39,826 nt of DNA from NCBI GenBank assembly GCA_013375475.1, contig JABXKD010000031.1:1-39826 (forward strand), given 5' to 3'. This stretch comes from Promethearchaeota archaeon (GTDB lineage Archaea > Asgardarchaeota > Lokiarchaeia > Sigyniarchaeales > SOKP01). The notes below the pieces were generated by a model. That model made no database searches. It worked only from the letters and a program-made list of their open reading frames with translations, and was not told the origin of the DNA. Both the position numbers and the translations under genes were made by a program. Below are positions 27,499 through 36,647 of this stretch, in pieces (position 1 is the first letter of the stretch; every line of letters begins with the position of its first letter).

Positions 27499-28494
27499 CT
27501 ATTCTTCTCTTTGGATCAGTCTTATCATAACATTACCACTGTTTTTACGAGTATCAAAGCAGGCAAAGGCGGAACCATTCTTAGGTTTACCGCTGAGTAC
27601 TGCGGGCATACCCCTATAAATCATGGCTGCTGCTTCTTTCTCAAGATCGGCTACCGTGAATACCATATCGGCTACACCTTCCCCTCTGCTATCGAGTGAT
27701 TCCTGATAGATAGAAGGTCCTTCAAGAGGTTGAATAAACTCGAAAGCAACAGCACCTACTCGACCAGTTTTTGCCCTCGTCTTGAAATAAGATTCAATCG
27801 GATCGCTTGATACTTTTATGGGATTAAGAGATCTGCTATCAAGCTCAATCTCAGATTGAAAATCTATGATGTCTAGCATCTCGTAATACTCAGCGGTTTT
27901 ATCAAGATCCCTTACAGCAATGCCAAGTCCATGAAATTTCCAATCTTTTAGATATGGATATGATCTATAGTGCTCAATCCATGCTTTTTCAAGTTCGAGC
28001 ACAGGAGGTCTGAACGAAATATCCACATTACCATATTTACGAGTGTCAATATGGTTTTCCAAAATATTACCTCCCTGAGTAATTTCCATCATGAGCGCAC
28101 AACCTTTCCCCAACAACTTTTCTGTCTCTACCTTGACATCTGGGACGTTGAAGCATATATGGGTAACGCCTTCTAATGGGATTCCTCTATTTTCCCCAAT
28201 TTCAAGCAATAGATCCCCTACTTGGCAATCTTTATCCATAAACGTATAGTTATCTTTTCTTCTCCCTCGTTCGGATGTCTCCTTTAGAGGTTTTCCAGGC
28301 CCTAAACCGCCATTTGTCGGTGGAACATCTTTATTAAAGTAAAGTTTGGCGGGTCCACCGTCCCGATAATCCATGTACATTGCTTGAGGGCCTACACTAA
28401 TCCCCATTCTTTTAGATTGATAATAATCCAAAGTGTCATTCCAATTCCTAACGACGAGACAAATGTGATGCAATCCCCAATCTTTTTTCAACAT
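27499..28494 (-). CDS. Two-domain VOC (methylmalonyl-CoA epimerase/glyoxalase-like) protein
   Basis: Duplicated domains: LHHICLVVR...EGVTHICFNVPD...DTRKYGNV and FHGLGIAVRD...FEFIQP...GEGVADMVFTVAD...DTRKNSGNV. Confidence 0.82.
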   Translation of the reverse strand: MLKKDWGLHHICLVVRNWNDTLDYYQSKRMGISVGPQAMYMDYRDGGPAKLYFNKDVPPTNGGLGPGKPLKETSERGRRKDNYTFMDKDCQVGDLLLEIGENRGIPLEGVTHICFNVPDVKVETEKLLGKGCALMMEITQGGNILENHIDTRKYGNVDISFRPPVLELEKAWIEHYRSYPYLKDWKFHGLGIAVRDLDKTAEYYEMLDIIDFQSEIELDSRSLNPIKVSSDPIESYFKTRAKTGRVGAVAFEFIQPLEGPSIYQESLDSRGEGVADMVFTVADLEKEAAAMIYRGMPAVLSGKPKNGSAFACFDTRKNSGNVMIRLIQREE

Positions 28495-28575
28495 ATTATT
28501 CCCTTTTAGTGTTACTGGTTTTTAAACGTAATTTTTTAACAAAAAAAAATAAAAAGTTTAACATTTTGAATGTTT

Positions 28576-29943
28576 TTAATTCGAAAACTTTTCAAAACGT
28601 TTTGTTTGAGCTAAAGTCCTCTCTGCAAGATTGCATACGGATTTATTGTCCCATTCTTTAAGACCTGGTATAATTTCCCCTCGGATAAAGCGTTTAACAT
28701 AGGACGGTATTAATTTTTGACCTAAATAGGCACCAATAATGGATCCTGCGTTACCTGCGTTGCAATCGGTATCAGCTCCACACTCAGTACTAATACGTAC
28801 AGTCTGGATAAAGTCACCATCTCCATATAATAATCCTACTACAATTGCAGCATTATTGTATAATGTATGAACGCCTTTACTTTTACCAAAGGATTTTATC
28901 CGTCTTTCGAAGATACTCGGAAAATCTTTAAATCTGGAAATCGCATCTGTTGCCACACTTTGTTCAAATAACCACCATCGACCGTCTAAGGTTTTCTGCC
29001 AATCTTTTTTATTTGTAGCCGCCCAAAGTGTTCCCATGTCTCTTGAATCTGGATTATTAATGTAAGCATCGAGTACTGGATCAATGAAACTAAAATATAA
29101 TTCAACGTCTTCTGTTGTTATTGATTCTATTAAAGAAGTGTATTCTAACAAAACTGCTCTAATACGTTTAATATCGCTTATAATAGTTTCTGAGCAAATC
29201 CCAGTCTGATCAATTTGTTGTTTGAATCCATCAAATTTATCAGTATGTGCCCCCCCAAGGTCCCATGTATGAACTTCTGACTTTGGGAAGTTTACTTCTT
29301 CTTTGTATACGAATGGGTTGTGTGTTATAGCAACTGAAACTAAAGCTGAAACAAATAATTCGCCTACAATTCCTACTTCTCTATGAGCAATCAACGCATC
29401 TTGAAGAGATATGTCAAGACATGGTTTTAATAATTCGAGATCATCTTTGGCCTTTTCATACCAACCCCATGCTGGGAGTAACATTCCATATAATTCTCCC
29501 TTCATCTGTGCTCCAATCCAATCAGCGTATTCGTTTCCGAAAATCTTTCCTTCATGCTCATAAACGTAATCGCCAGCATGTTCCCAAGGAACGCCAGCTT
29601 TAGCGTTATCATAAGCACACTTTTCAGCTGTAAATACATACTGAGGAAGTAAATGCTTTAACCAAAATGAACCAAGATAGTTTGGTTCAAAAATTGTCCC
29701 AGCTTTTAACCTATTAGCAAAATCATCATCACTTAATGCTTCTAATGCTAATATAGAAATCAATTCATATTGTTCATCGTCATTTATACCTTGCCTATGA
29801 TGTTTGCTCCATCCGCTTAAAGGAGGGTGCATAGTGAGAATGACGTCGCGACGTTTTCCTTCAACAGGCATACCAAATGTACCTCCCGCGACTTTTCCAG
29901 TCCACGCACCGTAAATCTTATCAAATAATTCTGCTTCTTTCAT
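28576..29943 (-). CDS. ADP-ribosylglycohydrolase family protein
   Basis: DKIYGAWTGKVAGGTFGMPVEG, NDD, DWIGAQM, GADTDCNAGNAGSIIGA. Confidence 0.85.
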   Translation of the reverse strand: MKEAELFDKIYGAWTGKVAGGTFGMPVEGKRRDVILTMHPPLSGWSKHHRQGINDDEQYELISILALEALSDDDFANRLKAGTIFEPNYLGSFWLKHLLPQYVFTAEKCAYDNAKAGVPWEHAGDYVYEHEGKIFGNEYADWIGAQMKGELYGMLLPAWGWYEKAKDDLELLKPCLDISLQDALIAHREVGIVGELFVSALVSVAITHNPFVYKEEVNFPKSEVHTWDLGGAHTDKFDGFKQQIDQTGICSETIISDIKRIRAVLLEYTSLIESITTEDVELYFSFIDPVLDAYINNPDSRDMGTLWAATNKKDWQKTLDGRWWLFEQSVATDAISRFKDFPSIFERRIKSFGKSKGVHTLYNNAAIVVGLLYGDGDFIQTVRISTECGADTDCNAGNAGSIIGAYLGQKLIPSYVKRFIRGEIIPGLKEWDNKSVCNLAERTLAQTKRFEKFSN

Positions 29944-30026
29944 CGTGTTCTTCTCTTACTACTTCTTATTTCTTTTTAGTAATATTATAGAAAAAACCAC
30001 ATTTAATTTAAGTTTATAATGTATAT

Positions 30027-30788
30027 TTATTCTGATCCCCGATCCCAAGAAAAGTGACTTCTAACAATTAGGAGTTCACCTGTAATTTTATCGGACGCTG
30101 AAGAAGCTAGAAAAAGAGCCAAATCAGCAATATTTTGAGGGACAGGAGGACTTAATAATCGTGGTGTCTCATCTCCATATTGTTCAGGCGCTAATATCCC
30201 CCATTTTATTATTGCTTCGGTCAATGTAAATCCCGGAGCAATAGCGTTTACATTAATGTTATGCTCCGCCCAAGAATTTGCTAAATTCTTAGTTAACATG
30301 ATGACTCCTGCTTTTGCGACTGAATAATGCATCATTCCTGGAGACCCTATAACTCCAGCTGTTGAGGCAATATTGATAATTTTTCCTTGTTTCTGTTCAA
30401 CCATTACCTTACCAGCAGCCATGCAACCAAGAAATACTCCTGTAAGATTAAGAGCAAGAACATGATTCCATTCTTTGACTGAAATATCTAATGGTTCAGT
30501 CGGGATCCCCTTACCCGCGTTGTTGACCATAATATCAAGCCGTCCGAAATGATCTACTGTTTGTTTAACTACATTGTCTACTTGTTCTGGTTTCTTAACA
30601 TCAGTTGATATCGCAAGAGATTCCCTCCCAAGTGCTCTGATTTCTTTAGCAACTTTATCGAGATTCTCTTGTTTACGGCTTGCAACTACAACATTGGCTC
30701 CTGCTTCAGCATAAGTTAGTGCTATAGATTTCCCAATACCACTAGATCCACCAGTAATTATAACCACTTTTCCATCTAATAATCCCAT
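30027..30788 (-). CDS. Short-chain dehydrogenase/reductase
   Basis: TGGSSGIG, NNAG, NIAS, YSVAK, NAIAPG; SD GAAGGTGA at 30794-30801. Confidence 0.92.
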   Translation of the reverse strand: MGLLDGKVVIITGGSSGIGKSIALTYAEAGANVVVASRKQENLDKVAKEIRALGRESLAISTDVKKPEQVDNVVKQTVDHFGRLDIMVNNAGKGIPTEPLDISVKEWNHVLALNLTGVFLGCMAAGKVMVEQKQGKIINIASTAGVIGSPGMMHYSVAKAGVIMLTKNLANSWAEHNINVNAIAPGFTLTEAIIKWGILAPEQYGDETPRLLSPPVPQNIADLALFLASSASDKITGELLIVRSHFSWDRGSE

Positions 30789-31074
30789 TTATTTCACCTT
30801 CAAATTTCTGTATACAATAACGAGTTATTTTTTGAAATTTATTTATAACTAAGTTTTATCATATTTAACAGCTTTGGTAGTATAAATTGTGGAAGGGAGG
30901 GTGATTAATAGAATAATTTGATTTACATTTAAAAAAAAAAAAAATTTACTCCCGATTAAATTCCCAATAAAATATTTATTATATGATGATTATTTTTGAT
31001 TTTCATATTAGCATAATACGAATTTGTTTTTAGCAAAGAAGGTCTAATTTCGAATATAAATTGATGTGAATATA

Positions 31075-32385
31075 ATGATAAAAGATTTTGAAGGAAAGGT
31101 TGCTGTAATTACCGGTGCGGCAAGTGGTATTGGGCGTGGACTGGCATTTGGTTTTGCTAAACGGGGGATGAAAATTGTTCTTGCCGATATCGATAAAGTA
31201 AATCTAGATAAGGTCGCAAAAGAACTCGAAGAAATTGGTGTTGAGGTAATGACTCAATTAACAGATGTGAGCGATCCAAAACAAATGGCCCAATTAGCAG
31301 ATGCTTCTTATGAACGCTATGGGATCGTTAATATACTTTGTAATAACGCGGGGGTCGGAGGGGCAGGGAGTATCAGTTTAATTACACTTGAAAATTGGAA
31401 ATGGACTCTTGACGTTAATCTCTTTGGCGTCATCCATGGTATTCATTACTTTTTAAACCGAATGCTGGCAAGCAAACACCCATGCCATATTATCAATATG
31501 TCATCAATGGCAGGATTACTTACTGGTGACACTTCATCATATCCAACCTCTAAATTCGCGGTAGTCGCGATTTCTGAATCTCTGGCTTTAGAATGCTTTA
31601 ACACAAATGTGGTCGTATCTGTAGTTTGTCCTGGGCGTGTTAATACAAATATTATAAATAATACAACTATGTTTCGCCAAGAACGCCAAGATATTTGGCA
31701 ACCACCAGCAGAAATGATTGAACAATCAGAAATTGGTAGGGAAAACTTGAATAAAATCTTAAGGCAAGCAATGGTACCAGAAAAATTGGCAGAAATAGTG
31801 ATTAGAGCAATTGAAAACGATATTTTTTACGTTTTAACTCATCCAGAATACATACCACTGGTAAAGTCTCGGTTTGAGCGTATTTATGAAGACACTTTAA
31901 AATTACATGAAGGAATCGCGGCAAAAAGTGCCGAAAACTTGAAAATCTTTAAAAATGATGCACCTGTTTTTTCCATAGCTTACCCTGAAAGTTTTATAGA
32001 ATTGAAACCAAACCCAATGAACTTTCCAACGGGCAAACGTGTTTTAGTTGCCGCTAAAGATCCCGGTATTGATCTTCTTATTTCTGTTTTTAAATCTTCA
32101 AAGGAAGACCGACCATTAGATGAATCTGTACAAAAAATTGCAAAAGGAATAGAGACTATAGCAAGAGAAGTCAATATTAGTTCCAACGAACCCGTAACTC
32201 TAAAAGATGGAACCTCTGCTTATGAAAGTGTTATCGAATTTAAATCATCAGGAATTTTTAAAGTTAAAAGTATCCATCTTTCGGTTTTAAAAGATGAATA
32301 TCGGATTATCATTAGTATTTCTGCTAATATAAATTATTATAATGAAAGACTAAGAGACATCCTGTATTCTCTTGAGTTTTATTAA
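31075..32385 (+). CDS. SDR oxidoreductase fused to a C-terminal PsbP/Mog1-like domain
   Basis: TGAASGIG, LCNNAGV, YPTSK, VCPG; extra ~150 aa tail (FSIAYPESF...NEPVTLKDGTSAY...ILYSLEF). ATG 31075 preferred over GTG 31066. Confidence 0.88.
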   Translation: MIKDFEGKVAVITGAASGIGRGLAFGFAKRGMKIVLADIDKVNLDKVAKELEEIGVEVMTQLTDVSDPKQMAQLADASYERYGIVNILCNNAGVGGAGSISLITLENWKWTLDVNLFGVIHGIHYFLNRMLASKHPCHIINMSSMAGLLTGDTSSYPTSKFAVVAISESLALECFNTNVVVSVVCPGRVNTNIINNTTMFRQERQDIWQPPAEMIEQSEIGRENLNKILRQAMVPEKLAEIVIRAIENDIFYVLTHPEYIPLVKSRFERIYEDTLKLHEGIAAKSAENLKIFKNDAPVFSIAYPESFIELKPNPMNFPTGKRVLVAAKDPGIDLLISVFKSSKEDRPLDESVQKIAKGIETIAREVNISSNEPVTLKDGTSAYESVIEFKSSGIFKVKSIHLSVLKDEYRIIISISANINYYNERLRDILYSLEFY

Positions 32386-32389
32386 AATT

Positions 32390-34078
32390 TTATTCTTTTC
32401 TTTTAGAGACCATACTAGAGATTTCATACTTAATTTTAACATCAATTACTGCTGGTTTTTCTGAATTTTTTGCACGCTCTAATGCTGGAAGAATTTCATT
32501 AGGATCTACAACTTCCTCACCATAGCATCCAAAGGATTCAGCTATTTTTCCAAAATTACAATATGGTAAGTCAACGTCAATAAATCGATTATTAAAATTT
32601 AAAACTTGCTCACTCTTAATCATTCCCCAGCAAGAATTATTCCCGACAATAAAAATTAGATTTTTTAATCCTAATCTAACTGCGGTTTCTAAATCTTGGA
32701 TGTTAATCATGAAGCTCCCATCTCCACAAATTGCAATAACTTGGTTATCAGGTTTCCCTAATTTTGCCCCAATTCCATATCCTACGGATACACCAAGATG
32801 CCCCATCCCAATTGCTTGAAGGTATGATAAAGGCTTTCGATCCTTATATAGGTTAATAGATTGTACAGCAAAAACAGTAAGATCTCCTCCATCTGTGATT
32901 AAAATAGCATCCTCATCCATAAACTCATAAATTTCTTTAACCATTCTTACAGGGTGAATAGGAATTTCATCAGTGTTAGCTTTTCTTATAGAGGTAGCGT
33001 GATTTCTTTTTTTATTGGCAGCCAGAGTTTCCAACCAATCTCTCTTTTCAACACGATTACTTTTTTTTATTTCTACAAGTAATTGTGTTAAGTATTGTTT
33101 GCAATCGGCTACGATACCTAACGTAATTGGTTTTGATCTTCCAATTATAGATGGATCAATATCAACATGTATTAATTTCTGTGAATCCTTCCAAGCTGGT
33201 GGTTTTCCAAGCGCTAAGGTGTATGAAAATTTGGCACCAAGGGCTAACACTACATCTGCTCCCATTGAGGCTTGGACTGAAGATAAGCTTAAGCCCCCAA
33301 GAGAACATTTAGATTTATTTGAAAGGGATCCTAGACCTCCAAGACTAGTAATAACAGGAATTTGTAGGTATTCAGCAAGCTCCTTTAACTCGTTCCACGC
33401 TTCAGCTCTTAAAACTCCGCCACCAGAAACAATTAGTGGTTTTTTAGCTGATTTTATCAGTTCAAAAGATTCTTTTACTAAAGAAATATCTACAGCTGGT
33501 TTATTAATTGCTCGATATTGATTTGAAGGCAAGATAGAGATTTGATCTTCTTCAATACTATCATAAAACGCATCAGAAAATATCTCCAAAACCACAGGTT
33601 GTGGTCGTCCACTACTTACTTCTCGAAATATCTTATGTACTGCGTCTGGAATTTCTTCTACTCTCCTAATCGACTTTTGGTACTTAGTAATTGGTTTGAA
33701 CAATGCAATTTGATCTAAATTACCTTGTAAAATGAATGAATCCCCAAATTGACTGTTTACTTGGGGAATTATGGCAACTATAGGAATATTATCGCTCCAT
33801 GCAGCACCAACTCCAGGCAACAAATGTAACGCTCCTGGTCCCACAGTCCCAAAGCATACTCCCGGAGTGTTAGTAACTCGGGCATAAGCATCAGCTGCGT
33901 GAGCTGCAACTTGCTCATGACGAAAAAGTACGGTATTAATACCTTTTTCTCTGCCCCATTGATAAATAGCGTCATACATTGGGAGGAGTTGACCACCAGG
34001 AATCCCGAACAAGTATTTTACATTCTCTTCAAGGAGACATTTAGTTAAAATCTCTCCACCATTCAATTTCTTAGACAT
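32390..34078 (-). CDS. ThDP-dependent enzyme, acetolactate synthase/2-hydroxyacyl-CoA lyase/benzaldehyde lyase family
   Basis: FGIPGG, RHEQVAAHAADAYAR, GPG, SGRPQPV, GDGSF-x(n)-GNN. No small subunit or branched-chain amino acid genes nearby. Confidence 0.88.
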   Translation of the reverse strand: MSKKLNGGEILTKCLLEENVKYLFGIPGGQLLPMYDAIYQWGREKGINTVLFRHEQVAAHAADAYARVTNTPGVCFGTVGPGALHLLPGVGAAWSDNIPIVAIIPQVNSQFGDSFILQGNLDQIALFKPITKYQKSIRRVEEIPDAVHKIFREVSSGRPQPVVLEIFSDAFYDSIEEDQISILPSNQYRAINKPAVDISLVKESFELIKSAKKPLIVSGGGVLRAEAWNELKELAEYLQIPVITSLGGLGSLSNKSKCSLGGLSLSSVQASMGADVVLALGAKFSYTLALGKPPAWKDSQKLIHVDIDPSIIGRSKPITLGIVADCKQYLTQLLVEIKKSNRVEKRDWLETLAANKKRNHATSIRKANTDEIPIHPVRMVKEIYEFMDEDAILITDGGDLTVFAVQSINLYKDRKPLSYLQAIGMGHLGVSVGYGIGAKLGKPDNQVIAICGDGSFMINIQDLETAVRLGLKNLIFIVGNNSCWGMIKSEQVLNFNNRFIDVDLPYCNFGKIAESFGCYGEEVVDPNEILPALERAKNSEKPAVIDVKIKYEISSMVSKRKE

Positions 34079-34223
34079 TGAATTTTTAAATGGGAGATGT
34101 CAATTTAAATTTAGGTTTTGCTTTGATGCGAATTTTATTAAAATATATATTAAATTTTAAAACACTATTTTCATTTAAAAGTTCAATTTAAGATTAAGAC
34201 CTTTAATGTAGTGGAGAATTATT

Positions 34224-35135
34224 ATGAAATTTGGTATCCAGATAAATAATTATTTGACTTCATGGGAAAATGTACTTGCCACAATTAAAACTGTGGAGTC
34301 TGGACCTTGGTCCAGTCTTTGGGTCTCGGACCATTTTTTTCCTCCAGTTGGAGATAATGTAGAACATAAGGACGCCTTAGAAGGGTGGTCACTGATAACA
34401 GCTGCAGCTACAGTCACAAAACGCTTACGACTAGGTGTTCTCGTCTCAGGTAATACATACCGCAATCCCGCGTTATTAGCAAAGATGGCGGCCACTGTAG
34501 ACCAAATCTCTAATGGTAGGCTTATCCTTGGAATTGGCGCCGGCTGGTATAAGCGAGAGCACGAGGCATTCGGTTGGGAATTTCCAAGTCCTAAGGAAAG
34601 GAGTGATCGTCTCGAAGAGGCAGTAGAGCTGATCAAGTTGTTATTTACGACTGAGGGACCAGTTAATTATAGTGGACAGTACTACCAGCTTAAGGATGCG
34701 TATTTTTCACCACCTTGTACGCAGAAACCACATATCCCAATCTTAATAGGTGGTAATGGGGAGAAACGAACATTAAGGACCCTAGCGAGGCTTGGAGATA
34801 TTTGTAATCTAGATTTTAACGCCCCGGGATCCCCTGAAGTATTCAAACATAAGATAGGAATCTTAGAGCGCCACTGCGAAGAATTTGGGCGGGATCCTAA
34901 AGAAATAAAGAAGACATTACATATGCCCATTCATCTAGAAAATGATAAGAAAAAAGCAATTAAATATCGCAAAATACGTGGAGAATGGACATTAACTGGC
35001 TCTGCCTCATTTATAATTAATCGAATCCAAGAATATATGGATGTTGGTGTAGAAGAGCTCATTTTTGGGAGCGTCCCATCCAAAGCGGAACTATATGAGC
35101 GTTTAAATAATGAGATACTCTCAGCATTTATCTAA
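34224..35135 (+). CDS. LLM class, probably F420-dependent oxidoreductase
   Basis: WVSDHF, GNTYRNPALLAKMAATVDQISNGRLILGIGAGW, PILIGGNGEKRTL. Confidence 0.9.
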   Translation: MKFGIQINNYLTSWENVLATIKTVESGPWSSLWVSDHFFPPVGDNVEHKDALEGWSLITAAATVTKRLRLGVLVSGNTYRNPALLAKMAATVDQISNGRLILGIGAGWYKREHEAFGWEFPSPKERSDRLEEAVELIKLLFTTEGPVNYSGQYYQLKDAYFSPPCTQKPHIPILIGGNGEKRTLRTLARLGDICNLDFNAPGSPEVFKHKIGILERHCEEFGRDPKEIKKTLHMPIHLENDKKKAIKYRKIRGEWTLTGSASFIINRIQEYMDVGVEELIFGSVPSKAELYERLNNEILSAFI

Positions 35136-35272
35136 AACTAAATGGAGAAATTAAAAATAATTATTAAAAAACTATTGGTTCATAACATTAATTTATAATT
35201 AAATCTATAAATTACTTTCTTATTATTTTTTCAGTAAATTCTTGATAAGTAAAACGCAGTGGTTTCTCGTCT

Positions 35273-35305
35273 TTTCTTATGCTCTTCCTTTAAATCGGGA
35301 CTTAA
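35273..35305 (+). repeat. 33-bp exact direct repeat, copy 1 (intergenic)
   Basis: TTTCTTATGCTCTTCCTTTAAATCGGGACTTAA, identical to 35535-35567. Confidence 0.95.
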
Positions 35306-35386
35306 AGTTTATAATGGAAATAATCACTGGTGAATATTTTAATAAAACACTACACTGTAACATTTAAACTAATTAATTATAATGAG

Positions 35387-36487
35387 ATGATTAAGATTTC
35401 ATTAAATGAAGAATTGGAGAAGTTTCTCTTAGGAAAAGGTGCAATAAAAGTTGGATTTACTACTCTTGAAACCCTAGCGGGCGGTCCTCCGGGATCAGAC
35501 ATAACTTATGTATTACCGGAAGCGCAATCTGCAATTTCTTATGCTCTTCCTTTAAATCGGGACTTAATACGCCCCTATTTAAAAAAAGAGCCTAATAGTA
35601 GAGTTAATCTCGAAAATGATAGATTTAACATTACAATGAAAGCGTGGGATGTCTCTAAAGAAGTTGCTGAGTTATTAAGAAAAAAGGGATTTAAAGCGTT
35701 TGCAGTCATGTCTAATTTTAAATATCGAAAAGATTCGGAAGACTGGGAATATGAGTTGACTCCAGATATTTCTCTTAGATATTTAGCACTAAGAGGAGGT
35801 GTTGGTTCGTTCGGTTGGAGTGGTAATTTAGGACTTAAAGGTTATGGGCCACTCTTTACCTTAGGAGGAATTGTCACATCTGCAATGTTAGAACCAACCG
35901 ATCCTATCCCTGAATCTGAGTCATTCTGCAATAAGTGTAAAGTATGCGTTAAAGTATGTGCATTTAGAATGTTCGACGAGGAAGAAGAAGTTACGATAAA
36001 AATTGGAGGACAAGAATATACACATGCTAAACGAATTGATAAAGGACGATGTCATATGGTGTGTGGGGGATATTCGGGGTTAGATATTACGGGAAAATGG
36101 TCTACCTGGAGTGCGGGACGCTATGAGCAACCGAAAACAAAAGATGAGGCGATAGTATCATTGATTCGCGCACAAAAAAACTGGTTTAAACTACCTAAGA
36201 GAGAGGATGCCAAATTTTACGACTATAAGGACATCGAAGAACTTCAAAATGTCCCCTTCATAGGAAATAAAACCGTAAAATTAGGAGATTATTTGGTATT
36301 TACCTGTGGACACTGTCAGCTTGTATGTTGGGGCGATCCAAAGGAGACTAACGAAAATTACCGCTTGCTTAAAAATTCTGGCTGCGTAGTTCAGAAGGAA
36401 GATGGATCAATCGTGGTTCTTCCCCCCGTAGAAGCAAAAAAAGCTTTTGATAATTTGGATCCTGAACATAAAAAATTGTATCATTAA
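35387..36487 (+). CDS. Epoxyqueuosine reductase (QueG)/reductive dehalogenase-like cobamide Fe-S protein
   Basis: GAIKVGF, LPEAQSAIS, SLRYLALRGGVGSFGWSGN, YGP-x3-LGGIVT, CNKCKVCVKVC, C-x3-C and CGHCQLVC; no Tat signal. ATG 35387 preferred over GTG 35330. Confidence 0.8.
   Translation: MIKISLNEELEKFLLGKGAIKVGFTTLETLAGGPPGSDITYVLPEAQSAISYALPLNRDLIRPYLKKEPNSRVNLENDRFNITMKAWDVSKEVAELLRKKGFKAFAVMSNFKYRKDSEDWEYELTPDISLRYLALRGGVGSFGWSGNLGLKGYGPLFTLGGIVTSAMLEPTDPIPESESFCNKCKVCVKVCAFRMFDEEEEVTIKIGGQEYTHAKRIDKGRCHMVCGGYSGLDITGKWSTWSAGRYEQPKTKDEAIVSLIRAQKNWFKLPKREDAKFYDYKDIEELQNVPFIGNKTVKLGDYLVFTCGHCQLVCWGDPKETNENYRLLKNSGCVVQKEDGSIVVLPPVEAKKAFDNLDPEHKKLYH
35535..35567 (+). repeat. 33-bp exact direct repeat, copy 2 (inside the QueG-like CDS, encodes SYALPLNRDL)
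   Basis: Identical to 35273-35305. Confidence 0.95.
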
Positions 36488-36647
36488 AGTTTAATTTAAA
36501 CAAATTTTTAATTTTTTCTAAAAATCTTTAAACTTAACTTTAAACACTGGAAACTTCATTCTGTGAAGGTTTCTAAAAATCAAAAAAATAAGTAATTAAA
36601 AATAATTATAATTTTAAGTTTCACACCAATAATTTATTTAAAATTGA

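Noticed and set aside
33015-33521. 168-aa + strand ORF
   Set aside because: Lies antisense within the ThDP enzyme gene.
35273-35567. 33-bp repeat as a CRISPR repeat
   Set aside because: Only two copies 262 bp apart, one inside a CDS, and no cas genes in the window.
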